Assembly (NCBI GenBank): GCA_001643675.2
Contig: LSRY02000078.1
Span: 4,959 to 68,958, forward strand
DNA from: Monocercomonoides exilis PA203
Taxonomy: Eukaryota; Protista; Preaxostyla
Direction of reading: 5' to 3'
Length of the DNA: 64,000 bases
Under the pieces are notes generated by a model. It had not been told where the DNA came from. It worked only from the letters and a program-made list of their open reading frames with translations, and ran no database searches. Below, one piece after another: positions 1 to 11,204 of this stretch. The position numbers and the translations under genes were made by a program. The first letter of the stretch is position 1. Each line of letters opens with the position of its first letter.

Positions 1-2258
1 ATTAATAGAGAGAGTTGTGAGGGAATTCAAAGATCTTTGGGTGAGGTTTTTGGAAGGGATAGTTCTTGAGAGTGTGAAGTGATGTTTAATCATTGTGTCT
101 GTCTTTTTCTTTTTGGATTTGATCTTTTGAGTCAAAGTTAGAGAACTATCAGAAAATGAAGAGTGGATGGAAAACAGAGGGAAATTAGACAAGTTTGTTT
201 TTGTACCTAAAGTTTTTTTATTTTTTTGTTTTGAATTGCCTATGACACCATGTATGTGTTGAAATATACTTTTTATTGATTTTTTATTGTTCATATGAAT
301 TGAAATTGAATTGACTGTCGGGAAATGTTTTAATGATGATATAGTTAAAATATATTCCTTTGAGAGTGATGCAACAAAAAAGAAACTTATATGATGCTTT
401 CTATATTTCAGATGATTAATACATTGAAGTGCTATTGTTATTTGTGTGTCATTTTGTTTTAAGATTGTTATCTTATTAGCAATGAATTTTTCTTTATGTT
501 TTTCTCATCACTGAATATTCATCAACCGTTGTAGTTACTCAACAATGAAGATATTGATATCAAAACAGTTATATATTGAATAGAACAATAATAAGAAACA
601 TGTTCTTTCATTAACAAAACATTTTTGAGTTTTATATTTTTCAAAGATAATTTTCTCCTTTGACATGAAAATTCAATAAAAATAAAAAAACACATTTTCA
701 CCTTTATTCAAACAACAAAAATTCAAAAATAATTTCTGATGACTTATTTGCATTAATAAAGCAATTATATTCACAAATTAAATGAAACAAAAATAAAAAA
801 TTGTCATTCATTTTTGAAATTTTTGATCATTAAAAATACAAATTATTATTAATGGCGCCATTAAGAATACCATGATCTATTTTGCTCAATGTGAATAAAT
901 AACGATAATAAACATGTCTGATGCTTTTTTGAAAATCTATTTGTGGAAAAAGTTGGTAATAATTTGTTTTTACATATTTTTTATTTGGGATGAAGTGTTG
1001 TGTGAAATGAATTGTTTCCCATGCACTGTCTTCGAAGATTTTTCTCATTATTTTACAGTTATTCGATATATTAAACATGTGAGAACGTTTGACTTATAAT
1101 GACAAAACGGCATAAAAGGTTTGGAATAAATCGTTGTTATTTTTCACAAATATAAGATTTTTGACTTATTTGTTTGAAACCAGTCTTTCTATTTGACTCA
1201 TCGACAATTTTTGATGAAACAAACAGAAAGACTATTCAATGTGACTTTTATAATTGTTTTTTATTTTTGACAAAGTTTGTTTTTATTAATTATTCACAAA
1301 ATTCTCAAAAATTAATTTTTTGCTGCTTTGAATGCATTCTGTGAAATTATTATCAAATTATCAATGTTTTTCTTTAATAGAAAGTGTATCGGAAATATGA
1401 AATGTCACAGAACAAAAGCACCGTGTGAAAGATTGAAAAGTCAAGAAAAGAACTATATAAAGTACTGGAAAAGCTCCACAGACAGTACAAGAAAGATGAA
1501 TATACACATAGAATGAAGTTTGAAACTGAAGAAGAGAATGGATCTGAAACGAATTCTGGAAAAAAATCTTTGATAAGAAAATGAAGATGAGCAAGATAAT
1601 TCTTGCCACGACGAGGAGAGATGAAGTTTGAAGAAAGTTCTATTTAAAGCGGTAGCAGAAAGCGTGAGTGTTTAAAGGAGATGGATGGAGTGAAGACGCA
1701 CCAGCAGTTCATGTGGAGCAAAAAATGTTATATGGGAGTTACGGAGCAGATATGGAAGAGGAGGAAATAAAAACATTTCAGGATTAATCGGTCTGCGTTG
1801 GATTCTTAGCTGTTTGTGTCGAATGGGGCAGATACGCTGGAGAAGAAAAATATCATACGGTCAAAGAGGATAACGATTGAAAAGAAGACACAATTCACAT
1901 CACATGAGAAGGAGTTTGGAGAAGAGGCAAAGTTGAATGCACCCAGAGCAGCAAGCCTTGCAAGAACAGCAAGTGAATACAGCAATTATTGTGGAAATTG
2001 AGTTTTTCCATTCAATGTTACCAGATTTCTCGAAGAAGAGATAAGTCAGGAAAGTTGAGATGGTGAAGGAGGCGGAGAAGATTCTTAACTCAGCGAGAGA
2101 AAAGAACAGAATTTCAGGTGGATCAATGTTGGTGATGGAGAAGATTGGAATAAATGTTTGTGTTGATTTTCTTTTTATTAAACAAACAAATATTATCAAT
2201 TTATAATAAATAATTTATTTTTATTATTATTTCATATTCTTTTTCAAATATTGAACTA

Positions 2259-2705
2259 CAGTCAAAACCGGATATAATCACATCGGTTTTTGCAGGACTT
2301 TTTGTGACTATATCCGATTGTGATTATAAGCGATGTGACTTAACACAGAAAAAAATGAAATTAAATTTTATAAATAATAAATTTTGGGTCAATTTTTTAT
2401 TTTTGAAAAACTTGTCAAATACACATTTTTCAATAGAAAAACAATTTTTTGGATTTTATTATGTTATTTAGACTTATTTTAACATTATTTTGAAAAATCG
2501 ATTTTTTGAAAATTTTGATCAAAAAACCGATTTTTCATTGAAAAAATCACCCATTATAATTTAAAATGTGATTATATATTTTCATCCCTGTGATTATATT
2601 CGATGGAAAATGAATGAAAAATAGGCCAAAAATGTCGGTGCATGGAAAAATGTGACTATAAACGAATGTGATTGTATACGACGTGATTATATCCGGTTTA
2701 GACTG
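2259..2705. mobile_element. 447-bp non-autonomous DNA transposon (MITE), Tc1/mariner superfamily, pogo/Tigger-like CAGT termini; left arm only
   Basis: TA|CAGTCAAAACCGGATATAATCAC ... GTGATTATATCCGGTTTAGACTG|TA: 23-bp TIR with 1 mismatch, TA duplicated at 2257-2258 and 2706-2707. The mirrored-coordinate sum changes from 62591 to 63040 (449 bp) across this site. Confidence 0.96.
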
Positions 2706-4871
2706 TATTTGCTTTTATTTTCCTCATTTTCCTGTGAACAGATATTCTTGATAGGGACTTATGTATTGATTTCGACGGTCATTTTGTGAATGTGCTAATT
2801 AACAATCTGCAGCTCATCGCTCACTGAACAACTTTGGAAGAAAAATCATTGAGACGCTTTATCTTTCCAGTCTGATTGGACTGGAGCAATCAATAACCAA
2901 TATGTTCTGATCAAGAAGAGATAAAGGTGCAATTTTTGACTGGATAAAGTTTGTCAAATTTTTATCAAATTGTTTTCATTGTTTTTATCATATTTCTTGT
3001 TTTTTTATTAACTAATTCAAACTCTCATTTTATATTTTTCAACAATTGATACAAAAAGATATGAGCCATAACTTTTCACGTTTTATTTCATTCATCTTCT
3101 TCTTTTGAGAATGAGAAGCTGATTCTTCCACGAACACTTCAATACATTTCTGTCGTCATTGGAGTCAGAGCTGATGAAAAAGACTGAACTAAAAAATTCA
3201 TCTTCCTTTCCCTTGCTGTTGCCTTTGTTGTCCCTGCAATGCAACTGACTGCCACCTCTCCACGCACCTTGGCTACCTCTCAAAGCATATTTTCTTCATC
3301 CCCATCGCCTTCTTCATCTTCTTCTTTCTCAGATCAACTATCCACATATTGCTTCATTTCCGCATTGTTCGAATCAGTCAAGCGCCCTTCATTCAAAGAA
3401 AACAACCTTTCATATTTCAAACAAAAGACCCCCTCCTCTTCTACTTCACCGCCAATTATCTTTTGAATTTATTTCTTCTCCATCACCCTCCAGATCTCCT
3501 TCTCCTCTTCCTCTCTCCTGCACCACTTGTCCTCTTTATTATCATCAGCTTCCACAGAAAAGATCTCTTGCCACTGATATTCTCAATGGATGGTTCATCT
3601 TCTTTGTGCAACATCACAAGCACAACCAGAGCTTCCACAAGCTTTCAATGTGTTTATTCTGGCAGATCTTGTTCATTCTTTAAGTTTATAACAACATTCT
3701 TCTTCTTCTTTGATATCCTTCTCCCACTGAAAGAATATCATACAGGAGGATACACTGCTCCACTCGCAGCATTCAATCACGTTTGATTCATTCATGCATT
3801 CTTCAATCATCCCAAATGACTCCTCATATCTTTTCCTTCATTTGAACCCCAACTGCCTACATCACTCTTCTCCCACATGCTGCAAACACAGTTCCAGAAA
3901 AATACCATTTGATTTCTATTGTTTCCATTCAGTCAACAAGTTTTCAATAACTGATGAATCATCAAAGTTCATCATTTGGGAACGACAATAGTTCAGTCCG
4001 ACTGTGAGTGTCAGGGCATACGGGTTGAGGGAGCCTTCAGTTGCATCACACCTGAACGAATGAATGAGAGGAAGAAGAAGGGGAAGAAGAGAGAGAGAGA
4101 AAGAGTAGGAAGAGAGGAACAAACATGTTATGAGTGAAATACTTTGTGGAGAAATTATGTAAAAAAACCAAAGACAGCGTTGGGAATGAAAAATTGACAG
4201 AGATTCCAAGATGCAAGAAGAGAAATGATTATTATCAAAGTTTTAAAAAAGGAAAAGAGATCAATAAAGCAGCGTGGTTGATTGAGAAAACCAGGCATAA
4301 GAAAAGACCTCCAAAAGAGGGTTATTGAAGAATCTGCTTGTGAAAAACGATTGAATACGATAGGGAAGCGCCAAAATGATGAACGTTTAAAGTTTGGAAG
4401 GGAAAACACTGAAGATGGATTTCAAACATTCTCGAGAGGTTTGTTATTATTATTTTTGATTTTCAAAATGATTCTTTTTTCGCATTCAGGATACAAAAAG
4501 AATTGGAGATCGCACGACAAAGAAGAAGATTCGACAGAAGCGACGAAAAAGGAGAATGTGAAAAGAACTAATAATGAAGAAGGTGAAGATGCAGCTTATT
4601 TCGTGCATACCTGACATTCAGCTGTTGAAAAGAACAGTTTCAGAGGAAGGATGATTTTCATGAAAAAAGGGAAGTGAAATTTGAAAATGAGGAAAGAGCA
4701 GCTTGTAAAAGAAGTTTTGCAATATGTTATAATTTTAATAGATTAATGAGGAAAGATTGAGTTGAATGAATAAAAGTATTGATGAAGATTATTTTATCTT
4801 TCCAAATAATATGCATTCACTCACTTCTATCCACTTCCACAGCTGCTGATGAAATCTTTTTCCACTCTTCC

Positions 4872-6724
4872 TTAAGATTCTCCTTCTGACAATGATCCAT
4901 TTGCATTAGACTTGTTCCTATCAACCTTCTTTTCTTCGCTGTTTCTCTTTCCAACAGCTAACGACAGATTGCAGGGAGCGAGGAGCAATCCGCTGAACGT
5001 GAGAGCCATGGTGTCAGGTGTGTGGTTGGCTTGCACGCAGTCAAGCTCAGAAATGAAAAGCAGAGAAGAGTTGTGAGAGGGGATGCCGTGGAGGGTGCAT
5101 CTGCGGTTGAGGAGCCACAAGGAGGAGACAGGGAGGAAAGCGTCGCCAGGCCAGAGGGAGGGCATGGAGGGGCTGTTGTTGGCGAACCCGTAGCGGTCGA
5201 CACGGATGCTGCTGGCAGCTGCAAAGAGTGCGCCCAGCTGTGCGCCAGAGATGTTTGTGTCTTTGAGGACAGTGGTGATGCTCTGGCAGTGGATGAGAGA
5301 GGTATTCCATTCGCAGACACTCTCTTGTGCCTCTTGTCCATATTGAACATCTGATGCATCTGGCTCAATGGTCACTCTGCGCTGTTGCTGCAGCCGTATA
5401 AGGAGTTGCTGGCGGAAGTTTGTGATGGCTGGGGAGCACCTCCATTAATTGAGCAGGCATCGAGCGTGAGTGAAGAGCAATGGGAGAACAAGGTTGCAAG
5501 CCCAAGAGCAGAGGGAGCTCCTCTCTGGGAGATGGTGCAGTTTGCGAGATGGCAGTGAAGATGGAATGCATCATAGTGAAGAAGCTTATTGACTGATTAA
5601 ACACAGTGAGATGAGAATAACAACGCTGAAACCTCCAACGGAGAGATCCATGGTGATGTGATGCTCAATAAAGTTTCTGATGTAATCGTCGAACAGGAGC
5701 ACAGGCGAGGCAACATTGAGGGCGGAGAAGTTGGCGTCGGAGAAGAAGAGGGAGGAAGCAGCGAGAGCATGATGAGCAGGGCAGGTGATGGGGGAGGGAA
5801 TGGACATACATATTGGAGAGGCAAAGGGTTCCTCGGCAAGAACAAAGGTGGGTGGAGTTGAGGTGGACGAGCTGGTAAACCGCGGAAAAGAGGAAGGAGT
5901 ACACAGCTAGTTATCCGTCGAGGAGGAAGAAGAGGGAAGAGTGGGCTGATCCAGAGGTATTTTTCTATTGAGCGGTTGATGTATAACACAGTTATGGAGA
6001 TGAAGTCGCAGGGGTAAAGCAGGTAGCTGACCTGGCGAGCAGAAAAGCCGGTGTCCTGATCGATGAACATTTAGTAGGCGCGGTAGGATGTGATGAAGGG
6101 GAGGAGGTCGACATCGAGGTTGGGGCTGGTGGGAGGAGTGGGAGGTGAAGTGGAGGTTGAAAATGAGAGAGGGAGGTGGAGTGAGTCTGAGGGAAAGGGC
6201 GCGAGGGATGGTCGGGCAGGGAGCAGCTCGAATCCGCTGAGCTCGTCGAGCGAACTGATATCGGCGCTGGGCATGTTCCAGTTGAAATGGGCTGTATCAA
6301 CCACAGCCAACACCACGTGCTCGAGGGCAAACTGCCTGGAGACATCAGCCTCCCCCAAGAACACACCGTAACCCAAGCCATGGGTCTGTGTCTGGCCTCG
6401 CTAGCCTCCTCTTGCATCGCTGCGATCTTTACACATCCCCCATCTCAGCTCCCCTTCTCCCCAACCCCAATCACACACCCGCTGCACTCGACCACGCTGC
6501 TGCTCCCAGTGCACTTTATCTGTGAAAACACTGTGCTCTCCACTTTGCCAAGGGTTTCGAACTCGCACAGCCCCAGCCTCCAAGAGCCGATTGTTATCAG
6601 CCCGAAAATTATCATCTCCACTTTCCAAAGTCATCCTTGCATCCTCAATCAGAATTGAAACTGAACCAAGCAAAGATATTGAAGTATTCAAAGGAACAAA
6701 GTCACATATCTGTCCAGCTTTCAA
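4872..6724 (-). pseudogene. Disrupted member of a large surface/beta-helix-like protein family
   Basis: Chain of minus-strand ORFs (6401..6724, 6071..6376, 5597..6070, 4872..5375) broken by stops and frameshifts. It contains a 'DLLPFITSYRAY*MFID...LLYPC' block resembling the 'LLLRVMRY..TIFV...CG...PC' block at 17646..17909. The family call is from motif recall only. Confidence 0.5.
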
Positions 6725-8184
6725 AGTGATTTGCGAAGAGGTAGAAATAGCACAGATAAGAAGATTCAGAAAAAAAGTTGAATGGAATGTTCGTCAAGCA
6801 CTTTATGCAATACAAAAAAAGGATAGGTGATGAGAAAGATGAGGTCATAATAGTTGTGAGCTTTTAAAGGAACAAAAGCAGAAATTTTCGGATATCTTTT
6901 CATATTTTTAAACAATTTTTTCTCGTAATTTTCATAAAATAACTTTTATCAATAAATTTTAAATGTGTTAAATTTTATTTGACAAATAAACCTTTATTCA
7001 AATTCTTCTCTTCATATTGAGAGATGTCACTTAATGTGACATGTCACTTCTGTGATCAAAAATGATATTCACCCCACAAACTCCATTGCAAGCTGTGCTT
7101 TCATCTTCAACTGGAACTTGTGGGCAGATGAGTGTGCTAACGAGTTCCCTAGGAAGAAGTGCATAGATTCCAACAGTTTCTTCGAGTTTTTGCACAGGAA
7201 GGATCAGAACTACTCCCTTTCCCCAGCTTGACAGATGAATCAAATTCTCAAGCAATCGTTGTGTTATATAAATCCGTTTTTGATGCTGAGCAGACAATCT
7301 CTCTGTTTGATGTCAGAATTCCGAAGTCAATTGTGGAAGATATTGCAACATGTTACAATGAACAGGATTTCAGCCCGGTATTACAAGCATCTCCTTTAGC
7401 AGATGTTTGAACTGAATATTTGTATAGAGATACATTGGATAAAGCCAGGGAACAAGATGAGAGATATCTGTTCCGTGCCTTCATAGCCATTTTATGATCG
7501 ATTCAGAATATAATGAGGAAGGCCAATTCTGCTGAGGAAGTTGCAAGAGAAGCGTTGATTCTGGGAGCACAAGCAATGCAGGAGGCAAGAAGAGAACGAA
7601 TTCATGGATAATTTGGTTTTTCAGCAGCAAGAAAAATGGAGGGCGAAGTCACTTGAGGACTGCTAACAAAGAGACATCGGGATATACTGGAAGAGACAAG
7701 AATGGTATTGAAACAAATTCAAAGAGTCGCATTTGAAAGAAAATTGGAAAGAAAAACAGATAATTATCACAGTGCAACACATCGAGAGGAGCTGTCAAGA
7801 AGTTTCTGCGAAAGACAGTTTTTCGGAGGTGGCCCCGGACGTCAGGCAGTCAGTATTGCTTCAGTAACTCCCAGAGAAGAGCAGGAGAAACTTGGAAGAT
7901 GGATGCTTCAAGACGTTCCGAGGGAGACATGAAATATTGATGGAAACCTAATAGAGGATTGGAAGCAGGACAGAGCAGTTTTGGAGGAATGGGACAAGAT
8001 CAAAATAAGAAGCTTTAAAAGACTGCGTGCACATGATGCATGAACAAACAAAAAAACAAAGGAAGCACTGAGGAAGAAATCATGGGAGGACGGAACAACG
8101 GATATGAGCATGGAACAACTATTGGATATCAGAAACGTGTTAAAAGAACAGCTGGAGACAATCATCGTCAGCGCAATACCTCCA

Positions 8185-8720
8185 GAACAGGTCATTTTTG
8201 TCAGAATGTTTTTCTTTTCATGAAGAAGTCATGCACATGGCGCCAAATCCTGGATTGCAGTTATTTGAATGCTGCAATGAAAAAGTGGCATTTCAAATGT
8301 TAAAACGAACGGAATGTGGAACGTTTGAAAGAAAAGAGGGACTTTGCGTTAACGTTGGATCTTTCCCAGTCGTTTCACTAAAAACCAACATCCGAAGACC
8401 TGAAGCCGTTTCTTTCTTTTCAGTTCGAAGAACAAGACTATGTTTTCGAAGGAATTCCCTTCGGGTTAACAGACACACCTCGGTTTTTCACAAAGATAAT
8501 GAGGAAAGTGACAGCAGCGATAAAGGAAAAATGGAAAGTCAGAGTGGATTCTCACTTGGACGATCTTATTCTGTTGCACCAAGACTGAAGCTTTCTGAAG
8601 AAAATTACAGAAGAAGTGACTCTGTTTTAAAATAGACTGGGATTGCTCATCAACAAAGAGAAATGTCATCCGAAACCAACACAGAAGTTTGTGTTCTTGA
8701 GGTTCCTTTAGAACACAAAA
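8185..8720 (+). pseudogene. DIRS reverse transcriptase domain, frameshifted
   Basis: Manual translation: VFLFMKKSCTWRQILDCSYLNAAMKKWHFK; DFALTLDLSQSFH; YVFEGIPFGLTDTPRFFTKIM from 8439; HLDDLIL at 8553 (YxDD motif); LGLLINKEKCHPKPTQKFVFL. Confidence 0.92.
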
Positions 8721-9044
8721 AAATTTACAGTACAATTGATTGAGGAAAAGCGTTCTTCTCTCCAAGAGCTGCTGAGACGTTGGGAAAAAATATTCATAAA
8801 AGCCAAACAGATTCGTGTGAAAGACTGGGCGTCAGCTATTGGGAAGTATAACACAGCTCGTTTTATCATTCCAGACGCATCCCTCCATCTCGTAACTTTG
8901 CATCACTAACTCCAAAAGAGTGTCAGAGCGATCGGATGGAAGAAGATGATGAGGATGAATTCATCAGTCCTCAAGGAGATCAGAGAATGGAGGAGGATAT
9001 TGAGATAAACCAGAAATCGGGAATTTGTTCTCGTTTTCATTCCT

Positions 9045-9420
9045 CAAGCTGTTCTGACAACAGATGCAGCCGAACGAGCATGGGGTGAAACTTTCAGAAT
9101 GAACAACAATCTTTTGGACTGGCATGTCAGGTTCTCCAATTATGACCATCGCCATTCGTCCAACTTCAGTGAACTGTCAGCTGTTTTGTTTCCCTTCTTC
9201 ATTTTTCACAGACAATTTAGCACAACAAAATATCCCATCTGCAACTCCGATCAGACAACAGTTCAGTAGTTTTCAATGTGAATCGTTGTAACGCGAGTAA
9301 GAATCTTCGACCAGTTTTTCACAAGATAAGGAACTGGACAGAAGCGAGGAATTTGTGAATGAGAGCACAACATCTTCCAGGAAGGAAGAATCACATATCA
9401 GATTAACTATCTCGGCTGGA
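9045..9420 (+). pseudogene. DIRS RNase H domain
   Basis: LTTDAAERAWG (Asp at 9063), SSNFSELSAV, LRSDNSSVVFNVNR (SDN at 9251), AQHLPGRKNHISD*LSR. Confidence 0.92.
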
Positions 9421-9481
9421 AAGGGAATGGAACAACGAGATCGGAGACAATTTACTCAGACAAATACTTGCTCGATGGAAA

Positions 9482-9784
9482 GTGAGACCGACTTTCGATG
9501 CTTTTGCTTTGACACATAATCACAAAGTGAAAAGATGGTGCGGTATGGGCAGTCCTATTGACAAAGACGGATTGACAGTTCCGTGGAGCTATGGGTTTGT
9601 TCTGGTCCATACTCCGATTCCTCTGATTCCGAAGGTCATACGAAAGGCTCAGATGGAGAAAGTTCAAGCGATCACACTCCTACCGAGCTGGAAGGTTCAG
9701 AATTGGGACATCCTTCTTCAAACGAGCAATTATTACAGCTTGGAATTGAATTACAGCTCCAAGATTCTTCGAGAGTGGACATAG
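9482..9784 (+). pseudogene. DIRS methyltransferase-like (phage Dam/N6A-type) domain
   Basis: PTFDAFALTHNHK...DGLTVPWS...VHTPIPLIPKVIRK...LLPSWKVQNW follows the DxFA..N / W / xPP / PxW..QxW pattern of DIRS1 MT domains and lies directly after RNase H. Confidence 0.8.
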
Positions 9785-9859
9785 ATGAAGAAAACGGGAG
9801 CCTGTTTCCATCCATGGAAAATGAAAGTGATCCTGCTGAATCCATTAAGGAGAGAGGAG

Positions 9860-11204
9860 AAGCCTGGTGGATGCACGCGCTTCATGAAAGAAATATCCCC
9901 TTGGAGCTCGCAGAGGAGTGCAAGGCTGGAATTGCAAGGACAACATGGGATGGATATTTATTCTATTTTCCGCACTTTTCAGACCAATGGAAGAAGTGTG
10001 CCCATGGACATATTCCAGACAACTCACCGGACTGGACCGTCAAATGTGCGGATGTATTTTTAACGATGAAGAATAGAGGATTCAAGGTTTCAGTTATACA
10101 GATGGTGAGAGCCGCTGAATTTTTTTACTCAGTTCTTGTTTTTAAAACCGTTTGGGGAAGACATATGCAATCATTCGGATTCTGTTTCGTGTCTTTCGTT
10201 TAACAGACAAGTCGATGAAGAAACTTGCGCCTGACATTATGAATCCGAATGTTTTGTTAAAATACTACACTGAGTTAGGCACTAACAATTTGTTATCTTT
10301 CAAAGAAGGAACAATGAAATTCATAACGTTGACAATGTTCTTCTCTGTTGCAGATTTTCAAAACTGGAGAGGATAAGCATGGAGGACTCTCGGGAAGAAG
10401 AAGAGCGTGTCTATTTGGATGCAGCATTAAAGACATTACAAACACGATCAGAGATTGTAGTTCATTTTCTTCCGGAACTCCCATAAAAATGACCAGCTTC
10501 AACAATAAAAGAGTTGTATTTCCTGGTCAAACATAAGCAGAACAGCAACAAACTTGCACAATTCCACATCGTTCTAACCTCTAACAGCATCCGGAATCCG
10601 TAAGCTGGCTTCGAAGGCAATGAAGCTTACAGGAGTTTTTCAGGGATTCAAGCCGTTCTCTTTTAAGGAAGCAACCTTGTCTCCATTAACAATAGCAAGA
10701 ATCCTTCCTTCACAGTTTGCCAAGTACGCAAGGGTTTTACAGAATATAAATACTTTTGTTTAGCACTATTTCAGGATAAATTTTGTATCGTTAATAACAC
10801 GAGTTATTGTTGGAACAATGAAAGAACAAAAGTTTACTGACGAGGAGAACGAAGAATGTCCAAAAGCAAGTGTTGAAGATGAAGCAAAAAGAGAACAAGC
10901 CAATGAAAGAACTCTTTCAGAAGAGGAATTAAAGAGTGAAGAAGTGGATGCTTCCATGGAGAAGTTAGTGGAAGAGGTGAAAACGAAGACTGTCAGGAGG
11001 AAAAGGACAAAAGGAAAGAAGTTGCAAACTCTAGGAGACGATGATAGAACAAGAGATGAATTGAATGTTGAACAGAACAGACAAGAAGAAGAAAATGACA
11101 TTTTCATTATTCGCACAAGGGCACAAGCCAAAAGAGAATCCAAGACATGTGATTTCCGCTCTTTCGATAGAAGTCCAAAGGGCAAAGCAACAACCACAAA
11201 TTAA
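9860..11204 (+). pseudogene. DIRS tyrosine recombinase with a charged C-terminal tail
   Basis: N-terminal GIARTTWDGY; first-Arg region LTMFFS..CRFSKL near 10350 (frameshifted); LTASGIRKLASKAMKLTG..FKPFSFKEAT; TFV*HYFR with the catalytic Tyr at 10767. The frame continues into ORF 10818..11204. The right arm keeps the N-terminal part open as 52673..53464. Confidence 0.82.

Noticed and set aside
2300-2700. CRISPR-like array from the periodic TGTGATTATA motifs
   Set aside because: Repeats are about 10 bp with spacers under 10 bp, lie inside a TIR element, and no cas genes are present.
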